DNA of 64,000 nucleotides from Escherichia coli (GTDB lineage Bacteria; Pseudomonadota; Gammaproteobacteria; Enterobacterales; Enterobacteriaceae): NCBI RefSeq assembly GCF_003790525.1, contig NZ_CP033635.1; one strand, 5' to 3'. Shown piece by piece: positions 1 to 14,059 of this stretch (position 1 is its first letter; each line of letters starts with the position of its first letter). The notes under the pieces were generated by a model. It saw only the letters and a program-made list of their open reading frames with translations, ran no database searches and was not told where the DNA came from. The position numbers and the translations under genes were made by a program.

Positions 1-2888
<2,888 letters not shown>

Positions 2889-2982
2889 ACAACGCCGAAG
2901 ATGTTTTGGCGGAAGAGACATCGATAAGTAAGCTTGATAACAGATTAAATCAGACCGCAGAAGCGGTCTGATAAACAGAATT

Positions 2983-3102
2983 TGCCTGGCGGCCTTAGCG
3001 CGGTGGTCCCACCTGACCCCATGCCGAACTCAGAAGTGAAACGCCGTAGCGCCGATGCTAGTGTGGGGTCTCCCCATGCGAGAGTAGGGAACTGCCAGGC
3101 AT
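2983..3102 (+). rRNA. rrfD: 5S ribosomal RNA (first copy)
   Basis: 120 nt, TGCCTGGCGG...GGAACTGCCAGGCAT, canonical E. coli 5S. Confidence 0.93.
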
Positions 3103-3114
3103 CAAATTTAGCGT

Positions 3115-3190
3115 GCTGATATGGCTCAGTTGGTAGAGCGCACCCTTGGTAAGGGTGAGGTCCCCAGTTCGACTCTGGGTATCAGCACCA
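3115..3190 (+). tRNA. thrV: tRNA-Thr, anticodon GGU
   Basis: 76 nt GCTGATATGGCTCAGTTGGTAGAGCGCACCCTTGGTAAGGGTGAGGTCCCCAGTTCGACTCTGGGTATCAGCACCA; cloverleaf with GGT anticodon and 3' CCA. Confidence 0.93.
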
Positions 3191-3227
3191 CTTTTTAGGT
3201 TAAAGTTCGGCAGATTAGAAAAGAATT

Positions 3228-3347
3228 TGTCTGGCGGCAGTAGCGCGGTGGTCCCACCTGACCCCATGCCGAACTCAGAAGTGAAACGCCGTAGCGCCGA
3301 TGGTAGTGTGGGGTCTCCCCATGCGAGAGTAGGGAACTGCCAGACAT
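3228..3347 (+). rRNA. rrfF: 5S ribosomal RNA (second copy)
   Basis: 120 nt, TGTCTGGCGG...GGAACTGCCAGACAT; the 5S-tRNA-Thr-5S arrangement is typical of rrnD. Confidence 0.92.
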
Positions 3348-3360
3348 CAAATCAAGCGAA

Positions 3361-3387
3361 AGGCCATCCAAAAGGATGGCCTTTTTG
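3361..3387 (+). terminator. rho-independent terminator of rrn operon
   Basis: AGGCCATCC-AAAA-GGATGGCCT hairpin followed by TTTTT. Confidence 0.85.
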
Positions 3388-3408
3388 CGTTTCGAATCTA
3401 TGTACAAC

Positions 3409-4167
3409 TTAATGGATAACCTGCGATAAAAATGCCCTCGTACGCTCCGATTTAGGATGCGCAAAAAATTCATCAGGTGTAGCTTGTTCCACTATCTCCC
3501 CACGATCCATAAAAATCACCCGGTCAGCGACGGTTCGTGCAAACCCCATCTCGTGCGTTACGCACAACATTGTCATACCTGACTGCGCCAGCCCAATCAT
3601 TGTATCCAGCACTTCTTTCACCATCTCCGGATCGAGCGCAGACGTAGGTTCGTCAAACAGCATGATCTTTGGTTTCATACAAAGTGAACGTGCTATGGCA
3701 ACGCGTTGCTGCTGACCACCTGAAATCTGTCCGGGAAACTTATGCGCATGTTCGGCAATTCTCACCCGCTCAAGGTAATGCATCGCCAGAGCTTCAGCCT
3801 CTTTCTTTGGCATCTTGCGTACCCAAATCGGTGCCAGGGTACAGTTCTGTAGAACGGTCAGATGAGGGAAGAGATTGAAATGCTGAAAGACCATTCCCAC
3901 TTCCTGCCTGACGCGCTCAATATTGCGAATATCTTCGTTAAGCTCGATGCCATCTACCACGATCTGTCCCTGTTGGTGTTCTTCCAGATGATTAATACAA
4001 CGAATGGTTGTCGATTTACCGGAACCAGAAGGGCCACACAGAACGATCCGTTCTCCCGGTTGCACGGTTAAATTTATATTTTTCAAAACATGGAATTGCC
4101 CATACCATTTATTGACGTTTTCCAGCGTAATCATCGCGTTAGCAGGTTGCAGTAAAATTTGGCTCAT
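3409..4167 (-). CDS. yhdZ: amino-acid ABC transporter ATP-binding subunit
   Basis: 252-aa ORF with Walker [13 protein letters not shown] signature ISGGQQQR, Walker [13 protein letters not shown]. Confidence 0.9.
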   Translation of the reverse strand: MSQILLQPANAMITLENVNKWYGQFHVLKNINLTVQPGERIVLCGPSGSGKSTTIRCINHLEEHQQGQIVVDGIELNEDIRNIERVRQEVGMVFQHFNLFPHLTVLQNCTLAPIWVRKMPKKEAEALAMHYLERVRIAEHAHKFPGQISGGQQQRVAIARSLCMKPKIMLFDEPTSALDPEMVKEVLDTMIGLAQSGMTMLCVTHEMGFARTVADRVIFMDRGEIVEQATPDEFFAHPKSERTRAFLSQVIH

Positions 4168-4174
4168 AGTGTCC

Positions 4175-5281
4175 TCAATGCGGTGTACGCCCGGTGTTAA
4201 AACGTTTTTCCAGATGCTGGCTATAGCGCGACATGCTGAAACAGAAGATCCAGTAGATCAGTGCGGCGAAAACATACCCTTCCGTCGACATACCCAACCA
4301 GGCGGGATCAACGGTTGCCTGCTGAACGCTACTGAAAAGATCGAACAACCCGATGATGATCACCAGGCTGGTATCTTTGAAGAGTGCGATGATGGTATTT
4401 ACCAGCCCAGGAATCACCAGCTTCAACGCCTGTGGCAGAATAACCAGCCCCTGGGTTTTCCAGTAACCCAACGCCAGCGACTCTGCCGCTTCATATTGCC
4501 CTTTAGGCAGCGCCTGTAATCCGCCTCGCACGACTTCCGCAACATATGCTGACTGAAACAGGATCACGCCAACCAGCGCGCGGATCAATTTGTCGATACT
4601 GGTGCCTTCTGCCATAAACAACGGCAGCATGACCGAAGACATAAACAGAACGGTAATCAGCGGTACACCGCGCCAGAACTCGATAAAAATGACCGATAAG
4701 ATACGCACAATCGGCATATGGGAGCGACGACCTAACGCCAGTAAGATCCCCCACGGCAGCGCCCCCGCAATCCCAACTGATGCAATAATTAAAGTTAGCG
4801 TCAGCCCGCCCCATTGCCGGGTTTCAACCCGCTCAAGACCAAGAAACCCGCCATACATCAGCCACCAGACAATCAGTGGGTAAATCACCGCCCATACCGC
4901 AATATAGCGACCGCGATACGGGAGTATTTTCCAGAACATTGGTGCGATCGATACAAGCCCAATCAGTAATGCCAGGTTAATTCGCCAGCGTTGGTCGTGT
5001 GGGTAAAGCCCATACATAAACTGACCAAATCGTTCGTGGATGAAGACCCAACAGGCACCGGCTTTTGTGCAGTCGGCACGCGTTGAGCCAACCCAGTTAG
5101 CTTGCAAAAATGCCCAGTTCAGCAACGGTGGGATCAGTTCCCACATCAACCATATGCAGCCAATAGTCAGCAGGCTATTGCTCAAGCTGGAGAACAGATT
5201 TTTTCGCACCCACACCATCGCGCGGCTTGAGTTATGGCTCGCCGGGCGCGGGGGATGAGACAGCAATACTTTTGTCATCAT
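4175..5281 (-). CDS. yhdY: amino-acid ABC transporter permease
   Basis: 368-aa hydrophobic ORF adjacent to yhdZ; recognised as YhdY. Confidence 0.88.
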   Translation of the reverse strand: MMTKVLLSHPPRPASHNSSRAMVWVRKNLFSSLSNSLLTIGCIWLMWELIPPLLNWAFLQANWVGSTRADCTKAGACWVFIHERFGQFMYGLYPHDQRWRINLALLIGLVSIAPMFWKILPYRGRYIAVWAVIYPLIVWWLMYGGFLGLERVETRQWGGLTLTLIIASVGIAGALPWGILLALGRRSHMPIVRILSVIFIEFWRGVPLITVLFMSSVMLPLFMAEGTSIDKLIRALVGVILFQSAYVAEVVRGGLQALPKGQYEAAESLALGYWKTQGLVILPQALKLVIPGLVNTIIALFKDTSLVIIIGLFDLFSSVQQATVDPAWLGMSTEGYVFAALIYWIFCFSMSRYSQHLEKRFNTGRTPH

Positions 5282-5287
5282 GACTCC

Positions 5288-6469
5288 TTAGCGTTCAACG
5301 ATCGCGATGCGGCGGTTATAGATATTCATCAGCAGCGAGATAGTCAGGCTGATAATCAGATAGACCGACATGGTCATGGCTATCGTCTCGATGGCTTGCC
5401 CCGTTTGGTTCAGCACGGTGCCAGCAAACAGCGAAACCATATCGGGATAGCCAATAGCGGCGGCAAGAGAGGAGTTCTTGACGATGTTGAGATACTGGCT
5501 GGTTAACGGTGGAATAATCACCCGCAATGCCTGGGGAATAATGACCTGGCGTAGCGTGACCGGATTGGGTAATCCCAGTGACCGAGCTGCTTCATGTTGA
5601 CCATAAGGCACTGCCTGGATCCCTGCGCGGATAATTTCGGCGATAAATGCAGAAGTATAAACCGAAAGCGCCAGCGTTAAGGCTGCCAGTTCAGGAATTA
5701 AAACCATCCCGCCGCGGAAATTAAAGCCTCGAAGGGCTGGGACATCCCAGTGTAGTGCTGCGCCAAAAAGCCATTGCGCCAGTAAAGGCAAACCAATGAT
5801 CAACACTGCGGCGATCGGCCAGGTGCGGCGCAGTTGTCCGGTTTTTATCTGGTATGTTTTATTAAAGCGGAATAGCCCAACAGAAAGGACTATAGCCATA
5901 ACAACAGCCAGGATAAACGCAATAAATCCGTCTCCCAGCTGCGGCGACGGAATATAAAGCCCACGATTGCTCAAAAAGGCCAGATCAAACGCACTCACTG
6001 CCTGGCGTGGTCCGGGCAAATTGCGCAGCACGGCAAAGTACCAGAAGAAGATTTGCAGCAGCGGCGGAATATTACGGAAGATCTCAATATAAATTGTGGA
6101 AAGCTTTCGTAGCAGCCAGTTATCCGAAAGTCGCGCCAGACCGATAAAGAAGCCCAGAACAGAAGCGAATACAATACACAATGCAGAAACCAGTAGCGTA
6201 TTGAGTAAGCCAACAATGAAAACGCGTCCGTAGGTATCACCCTGCTGGTAATCGATCAAATGCTGGACAATACCGAAGCCAGCGCCGCGATCCAGAAAGG
6301 CAAAACCTGAAGTAATGCCACGATTACTGAGATTCGTCACAGTGTTGTGAAATAGCCAACCAACAATGCCAACAACAGCAACAACGGCAAGGATCTGGAA
6401 TAACCAGGCGCGAACCGTAGGGTTGGCAAAGGAGAGTGAGCCTTTAACGGTTGAGCGGCGATGAGACAT
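5288..6469 (-). CDS. yhdX: amino-acid ABC transporter permease
   Basis: ORF-track 399 aa; internal ATG at 6469 gives the expected 393 aa. Confidence 0.88.
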   Translation of the reverse strand: MSHRRSTVKGSLSFANPTVRAWLFQILAVVAVVGIVGWLFHNTVTNLSNRGITSGFAFLDRGAGFGIVQHLIDYQQGDTYGRVFIVGLLNTLLVSALCIVFASVLGFFIGLARLSDNWLLRKLSTIYIEIFRNIPPLLQIFFWYFAVLRNLPGPRQAVSAFDLAFLSNRGLYIPSPQLGDGFIAFILAVVMAIVLSVGLFRFNKTYQIKTGQLRRTWPIAAVLIIGLPLLAQWLFGAALHWDVPALRGFNFRGGMVLIPELAALTLALSVYTSAFIAEIIRAGIQAVPYGQHEAARSLGLPNPVTLRQVIIPQALRVIIPPLTSQYLNIVKNSSLAAAIGYPDMVSLFAGTVLNQTGQAIETIAMTMSVYLIISLTISLLMNIYNRRIAIVER

Positions 6470-6536
6470 AGAAACCTCGGAAAGCATAACGCTGAAGAGA
6501 GCGCCGCCGTAGCGACGCTCGTTACCTCACACCGAC

Positions 6537-7562
6537 TTAACGCACGGGCGGCGCGTACTGAATTCCGCCGTTATTCCAGAGATTATTTTGCCCACGTTTA
6601 ATTTTCAGCGGGCTTTCTGAACCTACGTTACGCTCAAAAATTTCCGAGTAGTTACCCACCTGTTTGATGATGTTGTAAGCCCATTTATTATCCAGCTTCA
6701 GATCCTTGCCGTAATCGCCTTCTTTACCCAGCAGATGTGCCATATCAGGCGTTGCCGGATTAGCCGCTTTTTCATCGACGTTCTGGGAATTGATGCCCAT
6801 CTCTTCAGCATTCAGCATGGCGAAAAGCGTCCAGCGTACAATCGAGAACCATTCATCATCGCCACGGCGAACTACCGGCCCAAGCGGTTCTTTGGAGATA
6901 ACTTCCGGTAAGACAATCCATTCAGCCGGGTTGCTTAATTTGATGCGCAGGGCATACAGTTGTGATTGATCCGAGGCCAGCGTATCGCAGCGACCAGATT
7001 CCAGTGCCTTCGCTGATTCGTCAGAGCGATCGAAAGTCACTGGTGTGTACTTCATATTGTTTGCCTTAAAGTAATCGGCAACGTTGAGTTCGGTATCAGT
7101 ACCCGCCTGAATACAGACGGTAGCGCCATCCAGTTCTTTCGCGCTTTTTAGTCCCGCTTTATCGTGAGTCAGGAAGCCAATGCCGTCGTAATAAGTGACG
7201 CCGGTAAATGCCATTCCCATCCCGGCATCGCGAGATGAAGTCCAGGTCGTATTACGGGAGAGCAAATCCACCTCCCCTGACTGTAAAGCGGTGAAGCGTT
7301 CTTTTGCAGTGAGCGGGGTATATTTCACTTTCGTGTCGTCACCAAATACAGCAGCGGCAACACCACGACAAATATCAACATCAATACCTGAAAATTTACC
7401 GTCAGCATCGGCATAAGAGAACCCAGGTAATCCATCACTGATCCCGCATTGCACAAAACCTTTTTTCTGTACGGCATCAAGCGTCGCGCCAGCATGCGCC
7501 TGATTTGCAACGGCAAGCAGCACGCTGGCGGCAGCCAGTGTGGCTATCATCATCTTTTTCAT
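6537..7562 (-). CDS. yhdW: amino-acid ABC transporter periplasmic binding protein (intact here)
   Basis: 341 aa from MKKMMIATLAAASVLLAVANQAHA signal peptide; maximal ORF extends 13 codons upstream. Confidence 0.85.
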   Translation of the reverse strand: MKKMMIATLAAASVLLAVANQAHAGATLDAVQKKGFVQCGISDGLPGFSYADADGKFSGIDVDICRGVAAAVFGDDTKVKYTPLTAKERFTALQSGEVDLLSRNTTWTSSRDAGMGMAFTGVTYYDGIGFLTHDKAGLKSAKELDGATVCIQAGTDTELNVADYFKANNMKYTPVTFDRSDESAKALESGRCDTLASDQSQLYALRIKLSNPAEWIVLPEVISKEPLGPVVRRGDDEWFSIVRWTLFAMLNAEEMGINSQNVDEKAANPATPDMAHLLGKEGDYGKDLKLDNKWAYNIIKQVGNYSEIFERNVGSESPLKIKRGQNNLWNNGGIQYAPPVR

Positions 7563-7992
7563 AATGCTTCCTGTGAGGCGAAAATTATCGTTATAGGACA
7601 TTTGGGAAACGTCTTTTACCTGTCTGTGGCCATCCTCTTATAAGCAAAAGTAGTGCCAGTTTTTGCGCACGATTTCGCGTCGCAATAAGCTGAGTGTAGA
7701 CAGGAAATAATAAAAACAGCGCCCCGCAATGGTGCGAAAATGAAACATGCGCCACATTTTGGCGCAAAATATTTACGCGTTTTTTACTAAGCAGAATAAT
7801 GATTGTTAGCGTGAGTATAATTCTGGTGGGAAGTGTGAAAATTAAATTGATGCGTTATTTCGAAAGCAGCGAAATAACGCGATATAACATGCTAAATCAG
7901 CAGGGAATTAGCCAGCAGAATATAGCAATATTTTATCTTATGGTGAGATACTGTATCGTTAAACAGAGCGCGGTACTCCGCGCTCTGTTCAG

Positions 7993-8214
7993 TTATTTCG
8001 ACAGAGCGATGATCCCCATCGTCAGGCCAGCAACAGCTGCTGCCCCGCCAGCAATAGCCCCAGCCGTTTCCCAGTTATCCTGAGTCGTGCCTTTCATACA
8101 GGTATTGGTGTGAACCAGTCGCCCCTGATCATCATAAACCGGAACGCAGGGCGAATCGTGAGCACAGCCCGCCAGCAATGCGGTGAGCAATGCCACAGGA
8201 ATTAATCTTTTCAT
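7993..8214 (-). CDS. yhdV: small lipoprotein YhdV
   Basis: 73 aa, MKRLIPVALLTALLAGC lipobox, Gly/Ala-rich C-terminus. Confidence 0.85.
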   Translation of the reverse strand: MKRLIPVALLTALLAGCAHDSPCVPVYDDQGRLVHTNTCMKGTTQDNWETAGAIAGGAAAVAGLTMGIIALSK

Positions 8215-8466
8215 GGTGTTACCTCAGTAATAAACGCTAACGCTTAATAAGTTAACTCTCTTATTAACGAGCTGAATGCCATTTTATCACCGGAGGTTAT
8301 AAATCTTGCGGAATGAATAATGACAAATTATGTGAATTGTAAAAATAGTGAAGGGAGCGGGAACTATAGAAAGTTTTTAAAGAGTGAGAAGAAGAATATC
8401 TTATTAATTTTTATGGGTTTCACTGAAAATAATAAAGGCACCCGAAAGTGCCTTTATGTTTCTGAT

Positions 8467-11400
8467 TTATCCTTTAAAGCAACGGCGGATCACCACAAAG
8501 AACACCGGCACGAAGAAGATTGCCAGCAACGTTGCAGAAACCATCCCGCCCATTACCCCGATACCCACTGCGTTCTGCGCGCCACTGCCGGCACCGTTAC
8601 TGATAGCTAGCGGTAATACGCCGAGAATAAAGGCGAGAGAGGTCATCAGGATAGGACGCAGACGCATACGTACTGCCATTAGTGTCGCTTCAACAACACC
8701 TTTACCCTCTTTTTCCATGAGATCTTTAGCGAACTCAACAATCAAAATAGCGTTTTTGGCCGACAAGCCAATTGTCGTCAGCAAGCCCACCATAAAGTAG
8801 ACGTCATTTTTTTGATTAAAGAGTGTTGCCGCCAGTAGCACGCCGACAATCCCTAACGGCACGACCAACATAACCGAGACAGGAATTGACCAGCTTTCAT
8901 AGAGTGCAGCAAGGCACAGGAAAACAACCACAAAGGAAATTGCTACCAGAGCGGGAGCCTGGTTTCCCGATAAACGTTCCTGATATGACATACCCGTCCA
9001 GTCATAACCAATGCCCGCCGGTAATTTTGACGCAAGGTTTTCCATCAACGCCATGGCATCGCCGGAACTGGTTCCTGGCGCGGCTTCCCCCTGAATCTCC
9101 ATTGACGGCAGACCGTTGTAGCGCTCCAGTCGCGGAGAGCCATACACCCAATGTGCAGTGGTAAAGGCAGAGAATGGCACCATTTCGCCGTTGGCGCTGC
9201 GGACATAAAGTTTATCGACATCTTCTGGCAGCATACGGAATTTGGCATCCGCCTGAACATACACCTTTTTCACGCGACCACGGTCAATGAAGTCGTTAAC
9301 GTAAGTCCCACCCAACGCCGTTGAAATGGTCTGATTGATGTCAGAAAGTGAAACACCTAATGCCTGCGCCTTTTCCTGGTCAACTTCCAGTTTAAACTGC
9401 GCGGTGTCTTCCAGACCATTAGGACGCACGCTGACTAAGCTGGCAGGATGTTGCGCCGCCATGCCAAGCAACTGGTTACGGGCCTGGGTCAGGGCATCGT
9501 GACCCAGCCCAGCCTGATCAATTAACTCAAAGTCGAAACCCGTTGCCGTGCCCAGTTCAACAATGGCTGGCATATTGAATGGAATGACAAAACCGTCGCG
9601 GATCTTGCCCAATTCCATTTTGGCACGATGGATTACCGCTTCCGCACTGTTTTCGTCACCACTACGCTCTTCCCACGGTTTCAGACTGACGAAGGCCATA
9701 CCGGCGTTTTGTGCCTGGCCGCTGAAGCTAAAGCCGTTAACCGTAAAGACACTTTCTACGTTCGCTTTCTCGTTCTTCAGATAGTAATCCGTCACTTGAT
9801 CCAACACTTTTTGCGTCCGCTCTTGCGTCGCGCCAGCGGGTAACTGAATCATAGTCAGAAAGACTCCCTGATCCTCTTCAGGTAAGAAGGAAGACGTAAA
9901 AACAACACCACCATTCCAGCAACAATTAGTGCATAGATCAGTAAATATCGTCCTGTGGAACCGAGGATTTTGCCGACGCTGTTGGTGTAGTGGTTAACGC
10001 TATGATCGAAGGTGGTATTAAACCAGCCGAAGAAACCGCCCTTATTTTCGTGATGCTCAGCAGAGACGGGTTTGAGCAGTGTTGCACATAACGCTGGGGT
10101 AAGAATCAATGCCACCAGAACAGAAAGCGCCATTGCCGAAACGATGGTGATAGAGAACTGGCGGTAAATTGCCCCAGTAGAACCGCCGAAGAATGCCATT
10201 GGAATAAATACCGCTGACAGCACCATCGCGATACCCACCAGTGCGCCCTGAATTTGCGACATCGATTTTTCCGTCGCTTCTTTTGGCGGGAGCTTATCCT
10301 CCATCATCACGCGCTCGACGTTCTCCACCACCACTATCGCATCATCGACGAGCAGCCCGATGGCAAGCACCATCCCGAACATCGTTAGTGTGTTGATGGA
10401 GTAACCAAAAGCGGCGAGGATGGCAAACGTCCCTAACAACACCACGGGTACCGCAATGGTGGGGATCAGCGTTGCTCGCATATTCTGCAAGAACAGATAC
10501 ATCACCAGGAACACCAGCATAATGGCTTCGAACAGCGTTTTTACCACTTCGTGAATAGAAAGCTGGACGAATGGTGTGGTGTCATAAGGGTAGAGAACCT
10601 TCATTCCCTGCGGGAAGAATGGCTGTAATTCCGCCAGTTTTGCCTTAATGGCTTTCGCGGTATCGAGAGCATTCGCGCCGGTTGCCAGCTTAATACCCAG
10701 GCCCGCCGCCGGTTTACCGTTGATGCGAGCGATAACGTTATAGTTTTCACCGCCAAGTTCAACCCGTGCGACATCTTTCAGGCGTACCACCGAGCCGTCA
10801 CTGTTTACGCGCAAGGTCACTTTGCCGAATTCTTCCGGATTTTTTAACCGCGTCTGAGCAATAATCGAGGCGTTCAACTGTTGCCCTGGTAACGCTGGCG
10901 TTCCGCCCAACTGTCCGGCAGCGATCTGATCGTTCTGTACCTTCAACTGGTTAATCACATCAACCGGCGTCAGTTTGTATTTGTTTAGCAGGTCGGCGTC
11001 CAACCAGATACGCATCGCATACTGTGCGCCGAAAAGTTGTACGTCACCGACGCCATTCAGACGGCTAAGCGTATCTTTAACGTTAGAGGCCACATAGTCC
11101 GAGATATCGTCCTGTGTGGTGCCTGGGTTATCAGAGACAAAGCCCGCCACCATCAAATAGCTGCTACTGGACTTTTCAACACTGATCCCCTGCTGCTGTA
11201 CCTCCTGCGGCAGCAACGGCGTGGCGAGCTGGAGTTTGTTCTGCACCTGCACTTGCGCGATATCTGGATCGGTCCCGGACTGGAAGGTAAGGGTAATTGT
11301 CACGCTACCGGCAGAATCGCTGGTGGAGGACATATACATCAGGTTATCGATACCATTCATATTCTGTTCGATAACCTGCGTCACCGTATCCTGCACGGTC

Positions 11401-11564
11401 TGCGCATCAGCGCCCGGATAGTTTGCCGAAACAGAAACTGCAGGCGGCGCAATGGTTGGGTATTGGGCGACGGGCAATTGTAGGATCGCCAGTACACCCG
11501 CCATCATCAGAATAATGGCCAGCACCCATGCAAATATCGGTCGTCGAATAAAAAAGTTTGCCAT
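8467..11564 (-). pseudogene. acrF: RND multidrug efflux permease AcrF, interrupted by a frameshift near 9850-9890
   Basis: Two adjacent ORFs (569 aa N-terminal part 9855..11564; 461 aa C-terminal part 8467..9852) are jointly collinear with AcrB/AcrF; reading frame changes at ...RLPS|YLKRIRESF* versus expected [24 protein letters not shown]. Confidence 0.8.
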
Positions 11565-11575
11565 GTCAGATTGCC

Positions 11576-12733
11576 TTACTTCGATGCAGAATCTGCGGGG
11601 GTATCGGTAGTGGCTTTAACCTGCTCTCCCGGACGCGCTTTTTGCAGGCCGCTGACAATGACTTGATCGCCAGATTTCAGCCCTTCGCTAATCAACCATT
11701 TATCGCCAATCGCCTGGCTGGCAACGACAGGGCGCGCTTCAACCTGACTTTTATCGTTAACAATCAGCACGGTTGCATCACCACGCGGTGTGCGGCTAAC
11801 GCCTTGTTGCGGGATAAGAATGGCATCAGATTGGACGCCTTCATCAATCCGTGCGCGCACAAACATACCAGGTAAAAGCGTATGTTGCGGGTTAGGGAAG
11901 ACGGCACGTAGGGTTATGGAGCCGGTGCTTTCATCAACGGTAACATCGGAGAATTGCAGCGTACCTTTCAGGGGATAGGTTTGACCGTTTTCCATGACCA
12001 ACTCTACGTTGCTGGTGGCGTTTTCCTTATGCAAATTTCCTTGCTCTACGGATTGCTTCAGCCTCATAAAATCGTTGCTGGATTGGGTCACATCAACGTA
12101 GATAGGATCGAGCTGCTGGACAGTCGCCAGTTCAGTCGTTTGCCCATTAGTGACAAGAGCGCCTTCGGTCACGGTCGATTTGCCGATACGTCCGCTAATT
12201 GGCGCAGTCACTTTGGTATAAGCGAGATTGATGCGAGCGCTTTCGACTGTGGCTTTTGCGGCAATCACGGCGGCATCGGCCTGGCGAGCATCAGCAATGG
12301 CCTGGTCGTACTCCTGCTGACTGATGTATTTCGTACCCACGAGCGGAACGTAACGTTTTACCGTCAAATGCGCGATGGCGGCGGCGGCTTCACTTTTCGC
12401 CAGTTCGCCTTTCGCGCTGTCATAACTTGCCTGATAGGTCGCGGGATCGATCTGGTACAGAGACTGGCCTGCTTGCACATCGCTGCCTTCAGTGAAATTG
12501 CGACTCAGTACGATCCCGCTAACCTGTGGGCGAACTTCGGCTATACGGTAAGCATTGGTGCGGCCTGGTAATTCAGTCTTAACTTCTAACGGGGCCGTTT
12601 TCACAATATGAACGGTAACCTGCGGTTCACCGACGTGAGCTTTCTCTTCTCCCTTATCGTTACAACCGGCGATTAAAGCCGCGGAGATCAGAATAAAGGA
12701 GGGCAGGAGGAAAAACCTGGCATGTTTCGTCAT
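11576..12733 (-). CDS. acrE: RND efflux membrane fusion protein
   Basis: 385 aa with lipoprotein signal (LIAGC), AcrA/AcrE family. Confidence 0.9.
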   Translation of the reverse strand: MTKHARFFLLPSFILISAALIAGCNDKGEEKAHVGEPQVTVHIVKTAPLEVKTELPGRTNAYRIAEVRPQVSGIVLSRNFTEGSDVQAGQSLYQIDPATYQASYDSAKGELAKSEAAAAIAHLTVKRYVPLVGTKYISQQEYDQAIADARQADAAVIAAKATVESARINLAYTKVTAPISGRIGKSTVTEGALVTNGQTTELATVQQLDPIYVDVTQSSNDFMRLKQSVEQGNLHKENATSNVELVMENGQTYPLKGTLQFSDVTVDESTGSITLRAVFPNPQHTLLPGMFVRARIDEGVQSDAILIPQQGVSRTPRGDATVLIVNDKSQVEARPVVASQAIGDKWLISEGLKSGDQVIVSGLQKARPGEQVKATTDTPADSASK

Positions 12734-13131
12734 TACTATTCCTCAAAAAACCAAAAGCGCGTTATTTACCCAAAAAGGCAACGCGTTAACTCGCAGAAAG
12801 AAAAATACAGTTCGCTATCCTACAAATTATCATTCGTCGATGTAAGGAATAGTTATGAATACTGGCGTCTCAAGGCACATAAACACAAAAAAAGATTAAT
12901 ATTCTACTGTTTTATTTTGACGCGGGTTGAAAGAGGTAGAATCAAATCCTCGTAAATTGAAATATATATTGATGTAGTGAATGTATCTTAGGTAAATAAT
13001 ATATATTATTTATTTAACGATTTATAGCAACTCAATATTAGCCTCTCGTATAAATACACATTAGGTGATAGATTAACCTTCGCTATTTTCTCACTCTGTG
13101 TCGAATATATTTATTTCCTGAATAATTAATC

Positions 13132-13794
13132 ATGGCAAAAAGAACCAAAGCCGAAGCTCTGAAGACCCGGCAAGAACTGATTGAAACTGCCATCGCCCAG
13201 TTTGCGCAACATGGCGTAAGCAAGACGACGCTCAACGACATTGCCGATGCCGCTAACGTTACGCGTGGCGCTATCTACTGGCACTTCGAGAACAAGACCC
13301 AACTGTTTAATGAGATGTGGTTGCAACAGCCTTCATTGCGGGAGTTAATCCAGGAACACTTGACGGCTGGGTTAGAGCATGACCCGTTTCAACAATTGCG
13401 TGAAAAATTGATTGTCGGCTTGCAATATATTGCCAAAATTCCCCGCCAGCAGGCGTTGCTGAAAATCTTATATCACAAATGTGAATTTAATGATGAGATG
13501 CTGGCAGAGGGAGTGATACGCGATAAGATGGGCTTTAATCCGCAGACTCTCCACGAAGTATTGCAGGCATGTCAGCAACAAGGTTGTATAGCAAATAATC
13601 TCGATTTAGATGTTGTGATGATTATTATTGATGGTGCCTTCAGCGGAATTGTTCAAAACTGGTTAATGAATATGGCGGGTTATGATCTTTATAAACAAGC
13701 ACCCGCACTGGTCGATAACGTATTAAGAATGTTCATGCCAGATGAAAACATAACGAAATTAATTCATCAAACGAATGAATTAAGTGTCATATAA
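13132..13794 (+). CDS. acrS: TetR-family repressor of acrEF
   Basis: 220 aa, N-terminal TetR HTH, divergent from acrE across an AT-rich control region. Confidence 0.88.
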   Translation: MAKRTKAEALKTRQELIETAIAQFAQHGVSKTTLNDIADAANVTRGAIYWHFENKTQLFNEMWLQQPSLRELIQEHLTAGLEHDPFQQLREKLIVGLQYIAKIPRQQALLKILYHKCEFNDEMLAEGVIRDKMGFNPQTLHEVLQACQQQGCIANNLDLDVVMIIIDGAFSGIVQNWLMNMAGYDLYKQAPALVDNVLRMFMPDENITKLIHQTNELSVI

Positions 13795-13796
13795 AT

Positions 13797-13976
13797 TCAC
13801 ATTCTGTCCTGAAAATTCAGTTCGTCACAGTTAACCAGTTTTAGTGGATTAACTGAGTTCATATTGCGGCATTTGTCTGTTTCTGTTGCCAGCAGTTCAA
13901 TCCACTGCATCAGTAAAGTATCAAACAGAAAAACGAAGACAGCGAAAACGACGAGCCACCAATACTTGCGAATCAT
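13797..13976 (-). CDS. yhdU: small membrane protein YhdU
   Basis: 59 aa from MIRKYWWLVVFAVFVFLF; ORF-track maximal ORF is 68 aa. Confidence 0.7.
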   Translation of the reverse strand: MIRKYWWLVVFAVFVFLFDTLLMQWIELLATETDKCRNMNSVNPLKLVNCDELNFQDRM

Positions 13977-14059
13977 TACCTGAGCCTGTGCATGTTTAAC
14001 CAAGTCTGGCAGGAAATATACACGAAATGAATAATCTGAAAACCAGGCTTACACTTCCT

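Noticed and set aside
4004-4519. 171-aa plus-strand ORF spanning the yhdZ/yhdY junction on the opposite strand
   Set aside because: Antisense to two recognisable ABC transporter genes; no supporting signals.
9840-9860. Possibility that the acrF frame change is a programmed ribosomal frameshift
   Set aside because: No slippery heptamer or downstream structure appropriate for programmed frameshifting; a 7-nt repeat-unit loss explains the frame change more simply.
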